Positions 61,001 to 64,000 of a stretch of 64,000 nucleotides of DNA are shown piece by piece (the stretch's first letter is position 1; each line of letters opens with the position of its first letter). This stretch comes from Pocillopora damicornis (taxonomy: Eukaryota): NCBI RefSeq assembly GCF_003704095.1, contig NW_020846475.1:620001-684000 (forward strand), written 5' to 3'. Under the pieces are notes generated by a model. That model searched no databases and was not told where the DNA came from. It worked only from the letters and a program-made list of their open reading frames with translations. The translations under genes and the position numbers were made by a program.

Positions 61001-63952
61001 GAGAAAAAGGAGCAATCAAATTTTATCATTCGAACTGAATGTTTTGGATGAAATGTGGTGATTTGTTTTTATTTCAGTTTTGATATCTCATCTTCCTCGA
61101 TATCGTGGAGAAAGTTTTCCACAGGAGAGCCGTCTCACGTATTGTCTTGTTCGTCAACGATAACTTCAGAGTCTTCCTCCCCTTTTTTCATCAAGGTACA
61201 GTTCTGTTTGATGGAATTACTTAAAATAGATCTTCTAGCTTGCATGTAAGATCTAAATTTACTATTTTTGTCTCCAGGCCCTTTGTTTAACAGACAGCTT
61301 GAACAAACTGCCAACTAGTGACGACTCTCCCCATCATGTGATCCATTTGTACCCTCCCTTAGTCGTGCAAAATAAACTTCCATTTGAGCTAGTCTTATCA
61401 ACAGAGGTAGGTAATCGTTTTGTTAATAATCCCTGCTACTATCAAAACCTTTGTGACCAATAGGGAAAGTCCTCTCGAGGAAGGTATTTTAGGGCTATGT
61501 TCGATGGAGTGTTGAAATTAATCCAAGTTTGGCTCAGTGATTGGTCCAGAAAACACGGGCACATCTCTCAACCAATTAGATTCTCTACTAAAACAAATCA
61601 CGACTTGGTCACCTCGTCGTTCCGCGGTTGACTTGTTCTCACTTTGAGTTCGCATTAGTGGATGATGACTTTATTTTTGCTCTAACTGGCCGTTTTGATA
61701 AATCTGGTTTTGGTTTTTCAACACTTAACTGAAAACTGCTCCGTAAGGCCTGGTTTCCTGTTTTTACGTATCTAGCGTATCTTTGGCAATGGGGAGGATA
61801 TGGAAACCTCGATAAACAATCTCTGACAACTGAGCTTATCCTTAAGCATGGTGTTAACCCTTAACTGTAAAAAGGGATTGATATGTAACTTGTCTTTACC
61901 TTCCTGTCTTTTACCTGTTTGTCGAACGATTTTCTCGCAAATATGTAGAAACCCCTTTCTCACACCGTTGCTTGTTACTTGGGTGATTGCAGTCGCTGCG
62001 TTTCCCCTTGAGAGGAGGGATAGTATATTCATACTGTTCAGGTACCGAAAACTCCACTGATGGGTGGATTGACTTTCGATTAGGTTTCATAATATAGTAA
62101 GGAAGAATCAAACTGCAAATATCTTAGATTAAAATTTAAGTGTACGAAGATAATTTGAGAAATTTTTTCTATTTTTCTTTATTTCACTAGGGGGGAGGTG
62201 GAGAAGGCAAAGTACTCAGTGCTGGTGATAAAGTAACTTTTGTCAATGTTTGTCCTGGAGATGATTGCAAAATAACTGTTACGGTAATACAGTATTATTC
62301 GTTTCAATAACTTTAAAAAGTATTTGGTTTTCATTTTGGGTGAAAATGCTTATGTTCGTCTTTTCTGATCATCTTGTTCAATAATATCGAATCAAATCAA
62401 TTGATCATCAATTTATAATTTATATTCAGTTATTTCAACATGCTCATCGGCCAAGAGCGCTTGTTTGTATCAAATTGTACTCGAAATGAATTGATTGCCT
62501 GTACAAATTTTATAGATTCGATTTTAGTTATAGGCTTTTTTCATCGTATTTGAAACTGTAATTGTTTTCGTTCCAATGCTATAACATTCATTTAATAGTT
62601 CTTTTTTTATTTATGCAAGCATATATGGGGCACAAATCCGATGCAAGGACATTCGCATAATGACTCTTTCAATTTTTTATTTTCAATGCAAAGCTTAAAG
62701 ATTACGGAGAAGCCAATTGGGTTGGAGATATCTTTGTGAAGAAACAACGACACAAATCCCGTCAATTACTTATGCGTTCACAGATAGACACCTCCAAAGA
62801 ATTGGTAAGTTACAATGTATTTCTCCACCTTGCCTTACTTCTTTCATCCAGACTTAGTTCAATGGTATCCTCTCGTATAATTCTTTAAACAATTTTTCTC
62901 GAGTGTGATAGCTTTAAAAGTGTTTCGTTATTGAATATGGAGCTAAGCACAAACGCGAACGGAAGCCTGAAGTTAAAAGTTTCCATTTCTATGGCTCTCC
63001 ACGCCTTTTTGGTCAGCATAATTTGGTTTAAGGTGCTAAAACGACTCTACGGTCGATTCATCGGCGTAAAAACACGCCAGAATTAGTTTTATTACTCTTC
63101 CAGTTGCCGCAGCGTCTCTAAATCGCCTCTGCATGAGTTCTCTAATATACCCTAAAACGTGGGAATGCCCTTTTCTATATTCCATCTTTCTAAAGTTAAA
63201 GGCGTATAACTGAGTTTTGCCGATCGACATATATAACTTGTTTGTCCGTCTCTGTTTGAAACTGCGCGATACTAAAGCTTAAATAGACGTGGAAAAGTAT
63301 GGGAATAGTAAAATTTAACAATTTGTAACGTTAACTTCAGAAGAAATCTTCCATTAAAAAAATGATTCGTCAAAGTTTCAAAGGTAAGTTGTATTTTTTT
63401 GTTTTGTTTCTGTTTTGTTAGTCGCTTGGAGTGAAATCGATGCCCCAACAAGGGACAAGAGAGCTGTTGATCTACTCTCCCTTCTGGCTCATCAACAAGA
63501 CTGGACTCCATGTGGAGTACAGGGTAAGGACAAGAAGCCAGCGGCTTTTTGGTGTTTTCCTTATTATCAATGCATTGTCTTTCTAGTGTTGCCGGCTACC
63601 ATTCATGTCCAGTGTGCAACGATAAGAACAAGTCGACGAAAGCTATTTTTAATCCAAGGCAAACCGGTGCCACGCGCTGGAAACGCTGGTTACCCTCAAT
63701 TTTCTTATTTTGAATCTGTTTCTTTTTCATCCGTTTTATATTTGTAATTCCCCTACCTATCCCAAGTGTGGAAGCCATGAACCAATCTCTCTACACTGAG
63801 CAAAAAACACATTTACCAGAATGATGGATAACTTCTTGAATTTGAATCAATTCCTTCTTGTTAAGGTCTCAAGATGTGAACAAGTTTATCGTCAGTCTGC
63901 TGTAGAACAACATCCACTTCTTTTTAACTTCACTGAAAAAACCTATAGAAAG
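20665..63952 (+). CDS. VPS13C: VPS13A/C-family bridge-like lipid transfer protein (chorein-like), spliced, 3'-partial (continues past window end)
   Basis: 86 phase-consistent exons: 20665-20761, 21552-21595, 22442-22484, 22876-22971, 23379-23483, 23764-23840, 24033-24071, 24341-24400, 24825-24884, 25021-25104, 25828-25885, 26209-26282, 26379-26432, 26547-26653, 27216-27290, 27943-28033, 28149-28211, 29153-29276 (or 29219), 29611-29723, 30419-30486, 30585-30656, 31104-31201, 31307-31416, 32049-32107, 32624-32708, 33135-33202, 33628-33706, 33837-33924, 34047-34164, 34851-34923, 35044-35118, 35577-35679, 35986-36034, 36493-36574, 36973-37135, 37379-37452, 38049-38191, 38556-38638, 38883-39023, 39114-39165, 39647-39698, 40447-40485, 40610-40741, 40856-40933, 41518-41726, 42124-42262, 42445-42517, 42706-42836, 43435-43591, 44118-44191, 44535-44677, 45112-45275, 45525-45576, 45995-46046, 46666-46704, 47122-47259, 47701-47778, 48231-48460, 49125-49272, 50013-50097, 50230-50310, 50521-50627, 50773-50951, 51199-51305, 51539-51912, 52334-52450, 52713-52874, 53575-53677, 53844-53896, 54231-54350, 54718-54843, 55146-55333, 55644-55956, 56304-56372, 56847-56888, 57242-57722, 58272-58429, 59008-59100, 59767-59847, 60352-60524, 61078-61195, 61278-61406, 62191-62283, 62694-62804, 63422-63523, 63866-63952. 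Hallmarks: Chorein_N (MLDSLVASILNGVLGKYIKDLDSSNLELGIFSG, IPWTNL, KNLKISVKNVHFRYED), WWKYA, repeated P...DLG(H/Q)L motifs, YYNECLAVWEPLLEP and the VAB motif YSPFWLINKTGL. A versus C cannot be resolved from sequence; the symbol reflects the VPS13C-like internal duplication. Confidence 0.95.
22088..22301. mobile_element. TTAA MITE, subfamily B, reverse orientation, degenerate
   Basis: Reverse-complement similarity to 53939-54147; ends GGGGTTAA. Confidence 0.7.
22992..23194. mobile_element. TTAA MITE, subfamily C, reverse orientation, degenerate
   Basis: ACCCTTTTGACC...GGTCAAAAGG ends; interior is reverse-similar to 28357-28566. Confidence 0.7.
24148..24262. repeat. Degenerate ~12-bp minisatellite (GACAGT-type units)
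   Basis: Repeating gctgacagtc / agacagtt / caacagt units. Confidence 0.6.
24417..24627. mobile_element. ~210-bp TTAA MITE, subfamily C
   Basis: AACCCTTTAAA...CTGATGTTAGGGTGTAAAAGGTT; matches the copies at 28357 and 45600. Confidence 0.85.
25404..25747 (+). repeat. G/A-rich intronic tract built from ~50-bp and ~140-bp tandem duplications
   Basis: AGAGAGGGAT...GTAAGGGG occurs twice; GGCTAAG.AGCAA...TTTTAGG occurs twice. Confidence 0.75.
28357..28566. mobile_element. ~210-bp TTAA MITE, subfamily C
   Basis: TTAA at both ends; CCTTTGA...TGATGTTAGGGTGTAAAGGG. Confidence 0.88.
28708..28920. mobile_element. ~210-bp TTAA MITE, subfamily A
   Basis: TTAACCCTTTAACTCCCAAGATCTC...GAGTTAATGGGTTA. Confidence 0.88.
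29750..30260 (+). repeat. ~500-bp polypyrimidine low-complexity tract
   Basis: Almost exclusively C/T (TCC and TTC iterations). Confidence 0.95.
31555..31850 (+). mobile_element. Degenerate SINE-like element (3' part similar to 14690-14772)
   Basis: TGTGTTGTG...ACTCTCACAG.GC.TCTCTC core and CA(C/T)GCTA..GA.AC...GCAGA tail; recognised by resemblance only. Confidence 0.45.
34487..34638. mobile_element. Family H2 inverted-repeat element with partial hammerhead (CGAAACGTCAG)
   Basis: TAGTCTGA...TCAGACTA inverted ends; TCGAAACGTCAGTCAC shared with 56574-56749. Confidence 0.65.
35688..35861 (+). mobile_element. Family H1 element with mutated hammerhead core and 13-bp target-site duplication
   Basis: TGAAGGTAATAGA at 35675-35687 and 35862-35874; core CTAATGA-AGGGCTAACGCTC-GAAAC(TGAC)GTC at 35701-35732. 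Confidence 0.85.
38389..38528. repeat. Hairpin-forming interspersed repeat just upstream of exon 38556
   Basis: AATTGAACT...TTTGGTCTGAAATCA versus TGATTTTAGACCAAA...AGTTCAATT. Confidence 0.65.
39201..39296. repeat. Short element with 16-bp terminal inverted repeats
   Basis: TGTCCAATACACCCAA / TTGGGTGTGTTGGACA. Confidence 0.65.
40061..40372 (-). mobile_element. 5'-truncated CR1/L2-type LINE (ORF2 C-terminus, 3' UTR, (CTAT)n tail)
   Basis: Minus strand 40371-40234 translates WLLNSFASIASHLWNTLPSNARIAGNVNTFRSIIDKFNLVPFIYR* (SF...LWN.LP motif), followed by AATAAA and a TATC microsatellite tail. Confidence 0.8.
41005..41216. mobile_element. ~210-bp TTAA MITE, subfamily A
   Basis: TTAA at both ends; CTCTTTAACTCCCA...TGGGAGTTAAAGGG inverted termini. 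Confidence 0.88.
43926..44097. mobile_element. Palindromic MITE with internal GGATAA/TTATCC repeats
   Basis: GGTTGTTCAAAGGG...CCCTTTGAAGAACT inverted ends; repeated GGATAA on the left and TTATCC on the right. Confidence 0.75.
45600..45811. mobile_element. ~210-bp TTAA MITE, subfamily C
   Basis: TTAACCCTTTGAC...CTGATGTTAGGGTGTTTACGGTTA. Confidence 0.85.
48011..48166 (-). mobile_element. Family H1 element, degenerate
   Basis: Minus strand reads CAGACGAAGGGCAAACGTTAAAAACGTC followed by the family body and tail. Confidence 0.75.
48840..49046. mobile_element. Hammerhead-ribozyme-bearing short retroelement (family H1; Penelope-like or retrozyme-like) with 51-bp inverted duplication
   Basis: Inverted repeat 48840-48890 versus 48944-48994 with one mismatch; hammerhead core between the arms; 3' tail CACCGACGCAGCACCACAGTTTCTTTAGAAACTTACCCC shared with the 35688 and 48011 copies. 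Confidence 0.8.
48905..48938 (-). ncRNA. Minimal type I hammerhead ribozyme motif, core intact
   Basis: Minus strand reads GCU-CUGACGA-A-GGGC-UAAC-GCUC-GAAA-C-GUC-AGU: CUGANGA box, 4-bp stem II, GAAA box, palindromic ACGU stem III, GUC cleavage triplet and 3-bp stem I. Confidence 0.75.
49548..49697. mobile_element. Truncated TTAA MITE, subfamily B
   Basis: ACAACTTCTACCTGATAA interior and GGGAGTTAAAAGGTTAA right end shared with 53939-54147. Confidence 0.75.
52899..53168. mobile_element. MITE spanning the 10-N gap
   Basis: Inverted termini GAGCTTCAACA / TGTTGAAGCTT. Confidence 0.6.
52930..52939. other. Assembly gap (10 N) inside an intronic MITE
   Basis: Run of N; the flanking VPS13 exons join in phase 0. 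Confidence 0.95.
53939..54147. mobile_element. ~210-bp TTAA MITE, subfamily B
   Basis: AACCCTTTAACTCCCA...TGGGATTTAAAGGGTTAA. Confidence 0.88.
56574..56749. mobile_element. Family H2 inverted-repeat element with partial hammerhead
   Basis: GTAGTCT...AGACTAC ends; CTCAGGTTGTCGAAACGTCAGTCAC; similar to 34487-34638. Confidence 0.65.
58797..58985 (-). mobile_element. Decayed RTE-clade LINE fragment (RT C-terminus)
   Basis: Minus strand translates RRRR*RWIGHIHQMPSLALPKSACLRWTPLGLPKET*KRGVGREKRHRGWT, matching the RTE RW.GH...W.P.G...RP..TW pattern with TGG-to-TGA decay. Confidence 0.78.
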
Positions 63953-64000
63953 GTAGGTGTGAAATATAGTTTGTCTTACACCAGAGCACTGTCTGCGCAT

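Larger units (their letters stand above)
56304..63952 (+). other. VPS13 adaptor-binding (VAB/SHR-BD) repeat region, first repeats
   Basis: Repeating Asn-centred motifs ATFVIHNELG, RSPLRIQNHLHVPV, YPPLVVQNKLPF and YSPFWLINKTGL. Confidence 0.85.

Noticed and set aside
63587-63700. Additional VPS13 exon after a TTCTAG acceptor
   Set aside because: The required phase-0 frame hits TAA after 12 codons; exon 63866-63952 continues the protein properly.

Overview
Intron-rich, AT-rich animal genomic DNA. The repeat families resemble ones I associate with stony corals; that taxonomic call is inference. Two tandem + strand genes fill most of the window. (1) A p90 ribosomal S6 kinase (RSK/RPS6KA) gene, CDS 7608-17869, with 21 visible coding exons; about 84 codons of the N-terminal kinase are missing, most likely inside a 100-N assembly gap. 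(2) A very large VPS13A/C-family lipid-transfer gene that starts at 20665 and runs off the right edge, with 86 hand-traced exons and about 3100 codons so far. The VPS13 gene carries an exon-by-exon internal tandem duplication of about 500 aa, a divergent FFAT motif, and large disordered inserts rich in basophilic-kinase, 14-3-3, PP2A-B56 and LC8-type motifs. Introns hold many ~210-bp TTAA-flanked MITEs, LINE fragments, and three families of small hammerhead-ribozyme-type elements, one of which duplicated a splice donor as its target-site duplication. Strong CpG depletion is confined to a 6-8 kb zone near the 5' end of each gene. No prokaryotic systems, CRISPR arrays, rRNA or credible tRNA genes were seen. 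All exon and motif calls were made by eye, without alignment or RNA data.
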